A DNA stretch of 64,000 nt from an uncultured Chloroflexia bacterium (lineage in GTDB: Bacteria > Chloroflexota > Limnocylindria > Limnocylindrales > CSP1-4), in contig CAVVJT010000005.1 of the NCBI GenBank assembly GCA_963748625.1, positions 1 through 64,000 on the forward strand, read 5' to 3'. Numbering within the stretch: the stretch's first letter is position 1; every line of letters begins with the position of its first letter. The notes under the pieces are model-generated. The model was not told the origin of the DNA. It saw nothing but the letters and a program-made list of their open reading frames with translations, and did no database searches. Both the position numbers and the translations under genes were made by a program. Of the stretch, positions 42,088 through 51,795 are shown in pieces.

Positions 42088-43896
42088 TCAGCGGACGATG
42101 GTGCCGCCGGCCTCGGAGGGGAGCTCAACGATCCCCATGCCCTCGCTGTTCCAGGCAAGCACGCGGACCACCGAAGTGTCGCCGGCGCCGATCGCGGGCC
42201 AGGCGAGGTGGTCGATGTCAAGCGCGAACCCCTTTAGCGCGGGGGCATCTTCGAGGAGCGGGTTGTCGAGGTCGACCGCCATCCCGTCGCCGGTGGCCCG
42301 GTACAGCGAGAGCGTGCCCAGCTCTGCATCCGTCGGGCCCGCCGTCCAGACGGCGAGGACGGAACCACTCGGGTCCCACTGGGCCGACCAACCACGCAGG
42401 GGCCCTTCGGCCAGCTGCTGGGTCACACCCTCGCGCTCCCAGGGGCCGAGCACGAGGTTGCCGGCGCCGGTCACCGGGGTGAGACCGCCACGCGCGAGTC
42501 GGACCTCGCCATCCCACCAGACCGCTGCAGCCCGGTTGGGGCTGATCGCGGGCAGCCAGCCATCGCTGACCGGGCCGCGCTCGGTCCCGTCGACCGGGTC
42601 GACGAGATACGTGCGCGCGTTTCGATCGCCCACGCGGCTGACCACGAGGTCGCCGCTATGCCAGCCTGCGAAGACGGACCGGTGGTCGTCGGTGAGGCGC
42701 ACAGCCCGCGGCTCGGTCGTGGTCCAGACGTAGACATCGGGGCCAGCAGACCCGTCGGCAGGGCGGGCGGTGAAGGCGAAGCGGCTGCCCGAGCGGTTGT
42801 ACGCGGCGACCGACCCGACGACGATCACATTGCTCGCGATCTGGATGGCGCCGTCCGGGCCAGGGGTCACCTCGACGCTGGGCGACGGGGCGGGCGTGCG
42901 CGGCGCCTCGGTGCCGGCGGCAGGGGTTGGCTCCGGTGACGGCTCCACGGTGGCATCGGCCGAGGGCTCGAGCGTGGGCTCGGTGGTGGGCGTCACGGCC
43001 GGGCCTCCGGACTCGGCGGGGTCCGGCGTGGAGGCAGGCGGCTCTGGCGTCTCGGCCGGGGTACCGCTGCCCGCCGGAGCCTCGGACGAGGCTGTCGGCA
43101 CCGGCTCATCCGTCACGCCGGGCGTCGCCACGTCCGCGGTCTGGACAGGTGTCGGGGTGGCCGGCTCGGCGGTTGGCACACCGGGCGTCCCGGTCGGACG
43201 CTCGACCGTCGCGGTCGCGACAGGGACCACGTAGACCTCCTGGTCGCCCTCACCGCCCTGGACGATCACCAGGCGGTCCCGGGTGGGCGACAGGATCGCC
43301 CCAGTCACGACGGGTGTCTGCGCCATCGCCGCCAGCTGCTCCGTCTCGGCCGACGGGTCCACGCTGCAGGTCTCGGCGCCCACCGGGCAGACCTCGCTGA
43401 CGTTCTGGGTCCGGATCTCGAGACGGCCATCCTCGTCCTGGCCAAGCACCTGGATGTTGGCGGCGACGGCCATCGGCGTGGCAAGGGCGACGGCCGAGCC
43501 GGGCGACGCGGCAGGCTGGCCGTTGAGCATGCCGGCTCCCACCGCGATCGCGACCATCGCGACCCCCGCGACGGGAGCGAGGATCCAGCCGAGGCGGCCG
43601 GTTGCCCGGCGGGAAGGTCGCGACGACCCGCCGGCGCGGCCGGCACCCTGGACCTCGATCGAGGCGGCGGTCCGGGCCCACAGGTCGCGCGGCGGTTCGG
43701 GTACCGCATCGAGCAGCCCCTGGAACAACAGGTGGCCGGTGTCATAGTCGGCGGCGGCGGCGGCGCAGTCCGCACACGCGGCGAGGTGGCTGTCGAGCCA
43801 AGCCTCCTCGGCGGGCTCAAGCAGCCCGTCCAGCCGCCAGGCGGCGAGCTCGTGCGCCCGGTCGTGGTCGGTGGCGCTGTGGAAGAGACCGCTCAT
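42088..43896 (-). CDS. Zinc-binding (zf-HC2) anti-sigma factor with TM, Pro/Thr linker and propeller-like C-terminus
   Basis: HLAACADC; TM; start overlaps sigma stop. Confidence 0.85.
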   Translation of the reverse strand: MSGLFHSATDHDRAHELAAWRLDGLLEPAEEAWLDSHLAACADCAAAAADYDTGHLLFQGLLDAVPEPPRDLWARTAASIEVQGAGRAGGSSRPSRRATGRLGWILAPVAGVAMVAIAVGAGMLNGQPAASPGSAVALATPMAVAANIQVLGQDEDGRLEIRTQNVSEVCPVGAETCSVDPSAETEQLAAMAQTPVVTGAILSPTRDRLVIVQGGEGDQEVYVVPVATATVERPTGTPGVPTAEPATPTPVQTADVATPGVTDEPVPTASSEAPAGSGTPAETPEPPASTPDPAESGGPAVTPTTEPTLEPSADATVEPSPEPTPAAGTEAPRTPAPSPSVEVTPGPDGAIQIASNVIVVGSVAAYNRSGSRFAFTARPADGSAGPDVYVWTTTEPRAVRLTDDHRSVFAGWHSGDLVVSRVGDRNARTYLVDPVDGTERGPVSDGWLPAISPNRAAAVWWDGEVRLARGGLTPVTGAGNLVLGPWEREGVTQQLAEGPLRGWSAQWDPSGSVLAVWTAGPTDAELGTLSLYRATGDGMAVDLDNPLLEDAPALKGFALDIDHLAWPAIGAGDTSVVRVLAWNSEGMGIVELPSEAGGTIVR

Positions 43897-44525
43897 GACC
43901 GGGCCTCCGGTCGCTGGTCGGCGCGGGCCTCGGCCTCGGCCACGGCGGCCCGTTCGGCAGCGAGCGCCTGACGGAGGCTCTCGCGGGCCCGAGTCAACAG
44001 GGCGCGCGCGGCGACGTGCGAGACGCCGAGGGCGGCCGCGAGCTCGATGCCGGTGAGATCGTGCAGCTCGGCAAGCAGCAGGGCGGACCGCTGGCGCTCC
44101 GGGATCCGCTCCAGCGCCCGCTCGAGCTCGCCCGACAGGCGGGCCTCCATCACGAGGTGCTCAGCGGACGGCGCCGTGTTGCGGGTCTCGCCCACGAGGG
44201 GGATGAAGCGGATGATGCGCTTGCGACGCAGATCGTCGAGGGCGACGCGGTGGGCGATCTGGTACAGCCATGCGCGCGCGTTCTCGGGCTTCTCGAGCGT
44301 GTCGTAGGCCTTGTAGGCCTTCACGAACGCGTCCTGCGTGAGGTCGGCAGCGAGCTCGGGGTCGCGAAGCATGCGCACCAGGTACGCGTAGATCTCGCGC
44401 TGATGCCTACCGAACAGCTCCTCGACGAAGCGATACGCCTCGTCGCGGTCCCATGCGGAGGTCACCGGTCGACCGACCGGCATGGCGCGCCGCTGCTGTT
44501 CGAGCTGGAAGGGATCTGCGACCAC
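43893..44525 (-). CDS. ECF RNA polymerase sigma factor
   Basis: AADLTQDAFVKAY, WLYQIAHR and region 4 IPERQRSALLL...RARESLR. Confidence 0.93.
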   Translation of the reverse strand: MVADPFQLEQQRRAMPVGRPVTSAWDRDEAYRFVEELFGRHQREIYAYLVRMLRDPELAADLTQDAFVKAYKAYDTLEKPENARAWLYQIAHRVALDDLRRKRIIRFIPLVGETRNTAPSAEHLVMEARLSGELERALERIPERQRSALLLAELHDLTGIELAAALGVSHVAARALLTRARESLRQALAAERAAVAEAEARADQRPEARS

Positions 44526-44633
44526 GTGCGCTCCGGCTGGATGGATCGGAACCCCCCGATCCGGAGCTTGGCGCTCCAGGCCCCTCTGACGATCGTCTCC
44601 CCCACCCTGTGACGGCCTCCTCCCCCGGCTCCG

Positions 44634-45635
44634 TCAGCGAAACGGATGCTCCGGCTCCGCCGCTCCCGGCCCTGTCCGGAGCTCGTCCACCGCGTCCTCG
44701 GGCGAGACCGGGTTGACGGGCAGTCCGGTCCCCAACTCAAGACCTGCAATCTCGCGCAAGCGTGGGTGGATCTCCCAGTGCCAATGGTACGTGGCATCGA
44801 CGTGCTCTTTGAGCGGACTGCTGTGGAGGACGAGGTTGTAGGGCGGTCCGTCGAGGCTGGCGGCAAGCTGGCCCAGCACGTGGCGCAACGCCTCCGCGGT
44901 TGCGGCGATGTCGGCATCGGAGGCCCGCGCGAAGTCGCTGTCGTGGCGGCGCGGGACCACCCAGATCTCGAACGGCGAGCGGCTCGCGTAGGGTGCGAAC
45001 GCGACGGCGTTCGCGTCGGCGTAGAGCAGGCGGTCGGGGCGGCGTACCTCGTCGCGGACCAGACGGCAGTAGGGGCACTCACCCTCACGGATCATGAACC
45101 GCGCGGCCCCGCCGAGCTCCTCCGCGATCCGGTGCGGGATCTGCGGCAGGTCGTAGAGGTCGAAGCAGAGGTGGTTGGTCCGGGCGCCCGCCTGCTGGCC
45201 CCAGTTCTGGACGACCTGGAGGTGCTGCGTCCGCCCGGCCTGCCGCGACGCGGTGATCTCGTCCCGGCAGCGCGCGAGCAGCGCTTCGATCTCGTGGTTG
45301 CCCACCGCGTGCAGGGGGCGGTGCTCCCCCGGCGGCGCCACCACCGTCCGCCACGAGCCCGCGGCCCTCGCCTCGGTGAGCGCGAGCTGGGCGACCTGCC
45401 CGTCGCGTGCCCGCGCCTCCTCCTCCGTGCCCGCCACCGTGAACGCGAAGTCCTTGAGGACCCGCAGGCGCACCCCGTCGCCGGGCGGGATCCGGCAGTT
45501 GAAGCAGTCTCCCCGATCCTCGGCCCGCCCGGCGGGCAGCGCGAACCGCTCGCGCGCGAACGTGCGGTCGATGATCGTGGCCACCCACCACGACGTGATC
45601 GCGTCCTTGCGCAGCTCGAACAGGCCCTGACTCAC
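44634..45635 (-). CDS. GalT/HIT-superfamily protein with non-canonical active site
   Basis: ELRKDAIT..WV, CFNC, NWGQQAGA, CPYC, PYASRSPFE and HWHWEIHPR; HPHxQ replaced by HLCFD. Confidence 0.85.
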   Translation of the reverse strand: MSQGLFELRKDAITSWWVATIIDRTFARERFALPAGRAEDRGDCFNCRIPPGDGVRLRVLKDFAFTVAGTEEEARARDGQVAQLALTEARAAGSWRTVVAPPGEHRPLHAVGNHEIEALLARCRDEITASRQAGRTQHLQVVQNWGQQAGARTNHLCFDLYDLPQIPHRIAEELGGAARFMIREGECPYCRLVRDEVRRPDRLLYADANAVAFAPYASRSPFEIWVVPRRHDSDFARASDADIAATAEALRHVLGQLAASLDGPPYNLVLHSSPLKEHVDATYHWHWEIHPRLREIAGLELGTGLPVNPVSPEDAVDELRTGPGAAEPEHPFR

Positions 45636-46366
45636 GGCAGCTCACCCGCCAGCGCGGCGCCGATGCGGGCAGCGAGGGACGGCGCGAACGCGCGTGCGGC
45701 CCCCGCCACGCTCTCCGTGGTGGGCGGCTCCGTGCGGCGGCCCAGCTCCGACCAGACCGAGGTCGAGATGAGACCGGGCATGCCGCAGGGATCGATCAGG
45801 TCGAAGTCGCGCAGGTCCACGCTCACGTTGAGCGCGATGCCGTGGTAGCTCACGCCCCGCTCGATCCGGATGCCGAGCGCGCCGATCTTGCGCGGATCAG
45901 GGCCGTCCGCGCCCACCCAGCAGCCCGGGTGTCCCTCGCGCGCGCCGGCGGTCACCCCGAACGCCGCGCAGGTGTCCACCAGCGCGCCCTCGAGCGCGCC
46001 GACGTACGGCCGCACGTGGAGACCCCGGTCGGCGAGCTTCACGATTGCGTACGCCACGAGCTGGCCGGGGCCGTGGTAGGTCACCTCGCCACCGCGCTCC
46101 ACGCGGATCAGCTCGATCCCGCGCGCCTCCAGGATCGACGACGGGGCCAGCACATGGTCCTCGTGCGCCTGGCGGCCGAGCGTCAGGACCGCCGGGTGCT
46201 CGAGCAGCAGCAGCGTGTCCCCGATCTCATCGCGCGCCCGCTCCCCGGCGAGGCGCTTCTGGAGGTCCCAGGCCTCGCGATAGCCGATCCGTCCCAGCCA
46301 GCGCGCCTCGAGGGGCGCACCGGCACCGGCCGGGGTGGGTTCGCGGTCCGTCTCAACGGCGTGCAT
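45632..46366 (-). CDS. lipB: Lipoyl(octanoyl) transferase
   Basis: LEHPAVLTLG, RGGEVTYHGPGQLV, KIGALG, HGIALN and PCG. Confidence 0.95.
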   Translation of the reverse strand: MHAVETDREPTPAGAGAPLEARWLGRIGYREAWDLQKRLAGERARDEIGDTLLLLEHPAVLTLGRQAHEDHVLAPSSILEARGIELIRVERGGEVTYHGPGQLVAYAIVKLADRGLHVRPYVGALEGALVDTCAAFGVTAGAREGHPGCWVGADGPDPRKIGALGIRIERGVSYHGIALNVSVDLRDFDLIDPCGMPGLISTSVWSELGRRTEPPTTESVAGAARAFAPSLAARIGAALAGELP

Positions 46367-46503
46367 GGCGCGGACGATAGCAGGGGTGCATGCACGCGCC
46401 ATCACCACGCCACACTGGACCCAGCGCCCGCATCCACGGGTAGCGCGCCCGCAGCGTGCAACGGCGAGCCCGGCGTCATGCCCGGGGGCGTCATGCTCCC
46501 GTC

Positions 46504-48507
46504 ATGCAGTCACCCGCGGCCTTCCCGCATCTCCTCGCGCCGCTCAGCATCGGCAGGGTCACCATCCGCAACCGGATCATGTCGTCCGGCCACGACACCG
46601 TGATGGCCCGGGGAGGCCTGATCACCGACCAGCTGATCGCGTACCAGGAGGCCCGGGCGAAGGGCGGGGCGGGACTGATCATCATCCAGGTCGCTGGCGT
46701 CCACCCCACCGCCCGCTACACGTCCACGGAGCTCACGGCGGACACGGACGCCTCCATCCCCGGGTACACGGCCATCGCAGAGGCGATCCACCAGCACGGT
46801 GCGACCGTCTTCGGGCAGCTCTTCCACGGCGGCCGCGAGATCATGGACACCGAGGACGGCACCCTCGCCGAGGCGCTTGCGCCATCCGCCGTCCCCACGG
46901 ACCGCTTCCACGTGGTGCCCCGGGCGATGTCCGACGCGCTCATCCGCGAGATCGTCGATGGGTTTGGAAGGGCCGCGGCGCGCCTGGAGGCGGCGGGCCT
47001 GGACGGGTGCGAGGTGCTCGCGGGGTGGGGCTACCTCGCGTCCCAGTTCCTCAACCCGCGCACCAACCTGCGCGACGACGCGTGGGGTGGGGACGCGGAG
47101 CGGCGGCTGCGCTTCCTCGCGGAGTCGCTGCGCACGATCCGGCGCTCGGTGTCGCCCGGCTTCGTGGTTGGCGTGCGGCTGTCGATCGGCGAGGTCACCG
47201 ACGACGGCCTGACCGAGGACGAGGCGCTCGCGGCGCTCGCGGCGCTCGATGCCGAGGGGCTCATGGACTACGTGAGCGTGATGGTCGGGACGTCCGCGTC
47301 GCTCCTGGGCTCGGACCACATCGTGCCGCCGGCGCCGATCCCCACCGGCTACATCCTGCCGCAGGCGGCGCGGGTGCGGGCGACGGTGAGGGTGCCGATC
47401 TTCCTCGCCGCGCGCTTCAACCAGCCGCAGGACGCGGAGAACGCCCTCGCCGCGGGTGCATGCGACATGACGATCATGACCCGCGCCCTTATCTGCGACC
47501 CGGAGATGCCGGCCAAGACCGCCGAGGGCCGGCTCGACGAAATCCGCGCCTGCATCGGCTGCAACCAGGCCTGCATCGGCCACTTCCACGCGGGCTACCC
47601 GATCTCGTGCGTCCAGTTCCCGGAGACCGGGCGCGAGCGGCTGTTCCCGCGGCCCGGCGCCGGCGGGCACCAGCGCCATCCGGCGGCGGCACGGTCGCGC
47701 CGGGTGCTGGTTGTGGGCGGGGGTCCCGCGGGGCTCAAGGCTGCGGCGGTCGCGGCGGAACGGGGACACGACGTCACACTGGTCGAGGCGGAGCGCTGGG
47801 TGGGCGGCCAGGTGCGACTCGCCCAACGGCTGCCCGGGCGCAACGAGATGGGCGGCGCGATCACGAACCTCGAGGGCGAGGCGCGCCGCGCGGGGGTGAC
47901 GATCGTGACGGGCACGCGGGTAGACGCCGCGTACGTGCGCGAGGCCCGCGCGGATGTCGTCCTGGTGGCCACGGGTGCCGTCCCCTACCGGCCGCCGCTG
48001 GAGATCATGGGCGCGCCGCGGGTGCTTGACGCGTGGGACGTGATCCGCGGCGTGGAGGTGCCGGTCGGCAGGGTGGTCGTTGCGGACTGGCGCTGCGACT
48101 GGGTGGGCCTGGGCCTGGCCACGATGCTCTCGACGGGCGGGCGCCGGGTCGTCCTGGCGTCGTCGGGGTACTACGCCGGGCAGCGCCTCCAGCAATACGT
48201 CCGGGACCAGATGCTCGTGGCGGCCCGGAAGGCCCGGGTGGAGATGCTCACCACCGTGAAGCCGTTCGGCGCCGACGACACGACGGTCTACCTGCAGGAC
48301 GTGCTCACGGGCGACGCGGTGGTCATTGAGGATACGGTGGCGCTCGTCCTGGCGACCGGGCACGTGCCCGCCGGTGGCCTGCTCGAGGAGCTGGCCGCGG
48401 AGGCCGCCAGCGGGGCGTTCGAGGTGCACGGGATCGGCGACGTGCTGGCCCCGCGGACGATCGAGGAGGCGGTCCTCGACGGACTCCGGGCGGGGGTCGC
48501 CATCTAG
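46504..48507 (+). CDS. OYE-family FMN/4Fe-4S/FAD oxidoreductase (2,4-dienoyl-CoA reductase/TMADH-like)
   Basis: QLFHGGRE, GYLASQFL, CIGCNQAC..C and VGGGPAG. Confidence 0.9.
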   Translation: MQSPAAFPHLLAPLSIGRVTIRNRIMSSGHDTVMARGGLITDQLIAYQEARAKGGAGLIIIQVAGVHPTARYTSTELTADTDASIPGYTAIAEAIHQHGATVFGQLFHGGREIMDTEDGTLAEALAPSAVPTDRFHVVPRAMSDALIREIVDGFGRAAARLEAAGLDGCEVLAGWGYLASQFLNPRTNLRDDAWGGDAERRLRFLAESLRTIRRSVSPGFVVGVRLSIGEVTDDGLTEDEALAALAALDAEGLMDYVSVMVGTSASLLGSDHIVPPAPIPTGYILPQAARVRATVRVPIFLAARFNQPQDAENALAAGACDMTIMTRALICDPEMPAKTAEGRLDEIRACIGCNQACIGHFHAGYPISCVQFPETGRERLFPRPGAGGHQRHPAAARSRRVLVVGGGPAGLKAAAVAAERGHDVTLVEAERWVGGQVRLAQRLPGRNEMGGAITNLEGEARRAGVTIVTGTRVDAAYVREARADVVLVATGAVPYRPPLEIMGAPRVLDAWDVIRGVEVPVGRVVVADWRCDWVGLGLATMLSTGGRRVVLASSGYYAGQRLQQYVRDQMLVAARKARVEMLTTVKPFGADDTTVYLQDVLTGDAVVIEDTVALVLATGHVPAGGLLEELAAEAASGAFEVHGIGDVLAPRTIEEAVLDGLRAGVAI

Positions 48508-48794
48508 CGGAGATCGCCGTCGGGCGGGGGTCGCCATCTGCGGAGATCGCCGTCGGGCGGGCGTGGCCATCGGACGGGTGCATCGCCATCGGAGGAAGCA
48601 TCCCAACTCCTGGGCCGGCCCTGGCCCGGCCCTGGCCCCGCCCAGACCCCCGCCGCTGGCCCCGCCCAGACCCCCGGCCATGCCGGTACGCGCCGGACAT
48701 TGGGATGCTTACGCCATCGGACGGGTGCATCGCCATCGGGGGGAGAGGCTGCTACAGTCTGCGGCAGCCTGTTGTCCGTAGCCACGGATGGCGG
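48487..48794. repeat. Repeat cluster: tandem copies of the gene end, 27-bp direct repeats around an 11-bp inverted-repeat element, hairpins
   Basis: 33/34-bp tandem at 48487-48553; direct repeats 48566-48592 and 48713-48739; AAGCATCCCAA 48596-48606 and TTGGGATGCTT 48700-48710. Confidence 0.8.
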
Positions 48795-48869
48795 GTGAGG
48801 ACCCGAGGGCGACGGAACCGCTCCCGGGTCCGTTCTCGTTTTCGGCCCCTCCGTGTCGCCGGGCGGAGC

Positions 48870-50636
48870 TCAGCCGCGCAGCGAGTCCCAGCCGATGCGG
48901 GGCACGCGGGTGAGGCGGCGGTCCCCCTCGAAGCGCACGAGCTCGCGCATGAGCGTGTCTGCCGTGCGGTGGCTGGCGAACCACGGCGGCTTGGGCCAGG
49001 CCCGGAACGGTCCGCGCGCGACGGTCTTGAGCGAGCGATCGAACATCAGCGGGTTGTGGACGACGCCGGTGCCGGAGCCGATGTCGGTCCGGTCGTGGCC
49101 GGGATAGGCGCCCCAGGGCGTGATGCCCAAGCCGTAGCCGACGGCGGACCAGGCGTTGATCGAGACCGTGCCGTAGCGCAGGTCGCGGATCGCCCGGTCG
49201 AGCGCGGGCCTGACCGCAGGGTCCCTGGCGGTACGCGGGTCCACGATCACGGTGGCGTTGAGCGTGCCCCACAGCTCCTCGTTGACGAAACGCGTCGCGC
49301 GGTCGAGGAAGGCTGCCGCGTCCGTGGCCTCGAGCGGCGTCTCAGCGGTGACGGAGCAGAAGGCCTCCACCCGGTAGCACGGATCGCCCGTGGCCTCGGG
49401 CGACAGGGCAGGGATGAGCATCCAGGGCAGGTGGCCATCACCGTGGGCGCCGAACTGCTCCGCCTCGGGATGGGCCTCGGCGAATGCCGCGTACCGGTGG
49501 GCAGCACCGGGGTAGTAGGCGAGCCGCGTGGGCATGGTGGCGAGGCGCGCTCGGATCCGGTCCAGGAGCTCCTGGCGCTGGGGCCAGTGCCTGGCCGTCA
49601 CGATGACGCGGGACGTCGTGCAGTTGAAGCCCGCGTTGTTCGTGAGCATGGTGACGATGTTCTCGGCGTGGTGGTCGAGGTCGCCCGCACTCCACCGCCC
49701 GGGCACCACGATGATCGGCGTGAGGTTGCCCAGTTCCGCGCTGAACGGCTTGTGGAGGAGTGGGGCGTCGCGTCGCCTGCGGTCCTCCGCGTCGGGGCCG
49801 GTCCCGAACACGATGGCGTCGTACGTGCGGTCCGAGCCGGTGATGTGGAGCGTGTCCACGCCGGGGTGGCTCGCCAGGTGGGCACCCTGGACGGCATCGC
49901 CCACCACGATCCGGACGACGCCCTCGCGGATCAGCGGCGCGAGCGCGGCGCTCTGCACCTCGGTGAGGTGGGCCATCACCGGGTGCATCTTGAGGACGCA
50001 GACCTGGTTCTCCACGAAGAGCTTGTGGATGACGTCGAGCGGGCCGATGGAGCTGGCGTTGCCGGCACCGAGCACCAGGCACACCCTGCCAGGCGGCGGG
50101 CTGGCGTGGTGGACCGCCATCGTCGACGGCAGGCTCTCGAGGGTGACGCCATCCTGCATCCACACGTCGGCGCTGAGACGGATGTAGGAGACGCGATCGA
50201 AGAGCTCCGCGGGCATGACGCGCGCCGCAACCCGGCCGTCCGGGAGGGTACGGGCGCCCCCCGGGATGTGGGGCGTCCCGGTGCGTGCGATGTCCCGCAT
50301 GGCGTTGCGGTGGAAGCGGGTCGCCCGCATGAAGATGTACGGCCCGACGATCGCCTCCTCCGCAGCGTCCACGCCCGCGGGATCGAGGCCCTCGTGGAGC
50401 GAGCCGAGCTCGGTCCAGCGGTCGGCGACGGGGATCGTGGCTCGCAGCACCTCGTCGAGGAGGGCGGCCTTGCGCTCAGGGGAGGTGCGCACCCAGGCGT
50501 CGGCGTGGGCGCGGAGCTCCGCGACGACTGCGTCGCAGGCGGGCAGCGGCGTGGGCGCCGGGACCGGCAGGCGGGGCTCGAAGTGGAGGTCGGGCGCGGG
50601 AACCCAGAGGTCGGGCGCGGCGGGGGCACTGGTCAT
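48870..50636 (-). CDS. Aldehyde dehydrogenase family protein
   Basis: LGAGN, HITGS, AELGN, GFNC and EAFC. Confidence 0.88.
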   Translation of the reverse strand: MTSAPAAPDLWVPAPDLHFEPRLPVPAPTPLPACDAVVAELRAHADAWVRTSPERKAALLDEVLRATIPVADRWTELGSLHEGLDPAGVDAAEEAIVGPYIFMRATRFHRNAMRDIARTGTPHIPGGARTLPDGRVAARVMPAELFDRVSYIRLSADVWMQDGVTLESLPSTMAVHHASPPPGRVCLVLGAGNASSIGPLDVIHKLFVENQVCVLKMHPVMAHLTEVQSAALAPLIREGVVRIVVGDAVQGAHLASHPGVDTLHITGSDRTYDAIVFGTGPDAEDRRRRDAPLLHKPFSAELGNLTPIIVVPGRWSAGDLDHHAENIVTMLTNNAGFNCTTSRVIVTARHWPQRQELLDRIRARLATMPTRLAYYPGAAHRYAAFAEAHPEAEQFGAHGDGHLPWMLIPALSPEATGDPCYRVEAFCSVTAETPLEATDAAAFLDRATRFVNEELWGTLNATVIVDPRTARDPAVRPALDRAIRDLRYGTVSINAWSAVGYGLGITPWGAYPGHDRTDIGSGTGVVHNPLMFDRSLKTVARGPFRAWPKPPWFASHRTADTLMRELVRFEGDRRLTRVPRIGWDSLRG

Positions 50637-50910
50637 GACGGCCCCATCATGCCGGACGGGGCCGGGCCGGGCTGTCGGAGGCCGCGCCGGACTCGCGGAG
50701 GCCACCAATGCGGTCACGCTCACGAACCCCGACGCGGGTGACCTGACGGGCACCACCATCTCACTGGTCATCAACGTTGTTGAAGGAGGCGGTGGGCGCC
50801 GCTGACCCCCACACACCTGCCACGACCGGGCCCTGCCGGCCCGGCGGATCCCGGGACGCGCGAAGGCGCGGCGCCGCAGACCGCCGGGCCGGCGCGATTC
50901 CCGGCACAAC

Positions 50911-50950
50911 CTCCACGTCATCTGCGCGGATCCTGCACCGGGGGCTGCAA
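50911..50950 (+). promoter_or_regulatory. Putative OmpR-family binding repeats
   Basis: CTCCAC, CTGCGC, CTGCAC, CTGCAA at 50911, 50922, 50933, 50945 (11-12 bp period). Confidence 0.4.
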
Positions 50951-51011
50951 GCATCACCTTGATCCACTCCGACACGAGGCGAGCGGCCCCGTCCAAGGAC
51001 CCGAGAGGTGA

Positions 51012-51614
51012 ATGACGATGAAGACCAGGACACTCGCGACAGGCATCGCCGCCCTGCTGCTCCTGGGCGCCGTGACCGCGGTCTCGGCTGCCGGGAGTGG
51101 CCCCGGACCCGGCGCCGGTGACTGCGTCGAGGATTGCGACGGCACGCCGGATCGCGAGCAGGACCGCCTCCGGATCAGCGCTCCAGTGATTCCCGAAGTG
51201 GTCGATCTGGCGGTCCCCGCCGATGTGACCACCGCCGGCGACCAGGACCAGATCAGGGACCGTGACGGGTCGTGCATCGAAGACTGCGACGGCACACCAG
51301 ACCAGGACCGGCTGCGGACCCGGGACACGGACCGCATCGGCCAGGTGGCGGCCACGGCCGACGAGCCGAAGGTCGTGGGCTCGCAGGATCGCGAGCGGAG
51401 CCGCGAGAAGGACCGCGAGCGAGTCCGAGACGGCGCGGCCGTCGAGAAGCAGACGCGCACCCAGACGCAGACGCAGACGCAGACGCAGACCAAGGCTGAG
51501 ACGCAGGCTGAGACGCAGACGCAGGCTGAGACGCAGACGCAGGCTGAGACGCAGACGCAGACGCAGGCCGGCCCGGGGGCGGGCAACGGACCTGGATCCG
51601 GCCGCGGGGGCTGA
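51012..51614 (+). CDS. Secreted low-complexity protein with two CxEDCDGTPD motifs and RD/QT repeats
   Basis: SD GAGGTG; signal peptide; (QT)n/AETQ microsatellite at about 51462-51567. Confidence 0.8.
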   Translation: MTMKTRTLATGIAALLLLGAVTAVSAAGSGPGPGAGDCVEDCDGTPDREQDRLRISAPVIPEVVDLAVPADVTTAGDQDQIRDRDGSCIEDCDGTPDQDRLRTRDTDRIGQVAATADEPKVVGSQDRERSREKDRERVRDGAAVEKQTRTQTQTQTQTQTKAETQAETQTQAETQTQAETQTQTQAGPGAGNGPGSGRGG

Positions 51615-51665
51615 AGAATCCTATAGCGCCCCCGGCCGTGCCAGCCGGAGGGCGTGCTCTCGAAC

Positions 51666-51751
51666 GGGACGGTCGGATCTTCCCCCATCCGACCGTCCCC
51701 CCCACCATGCTTGACGACGGTGGCACGCCCGGCACTCGCCGGGCGTGCCAC
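51666..51751 (+). terminator. Two perfect GC-rich hairpins
   Basis: 13-bp stem at 51666-51699; 14-bp stem at 51720-51751. Confidence 0.55.
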
Positions 51752-51795
51752 CATACCGGCCAGATCGGCACAATCAGGGAGCCGCCGGTGCACCT

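Noticed and set aside
51462-51567. CAGACG microsatellite as an on/off phase-variation switch
   Set aside because: Units are multiples of 3, so slippage changes length, not frame.
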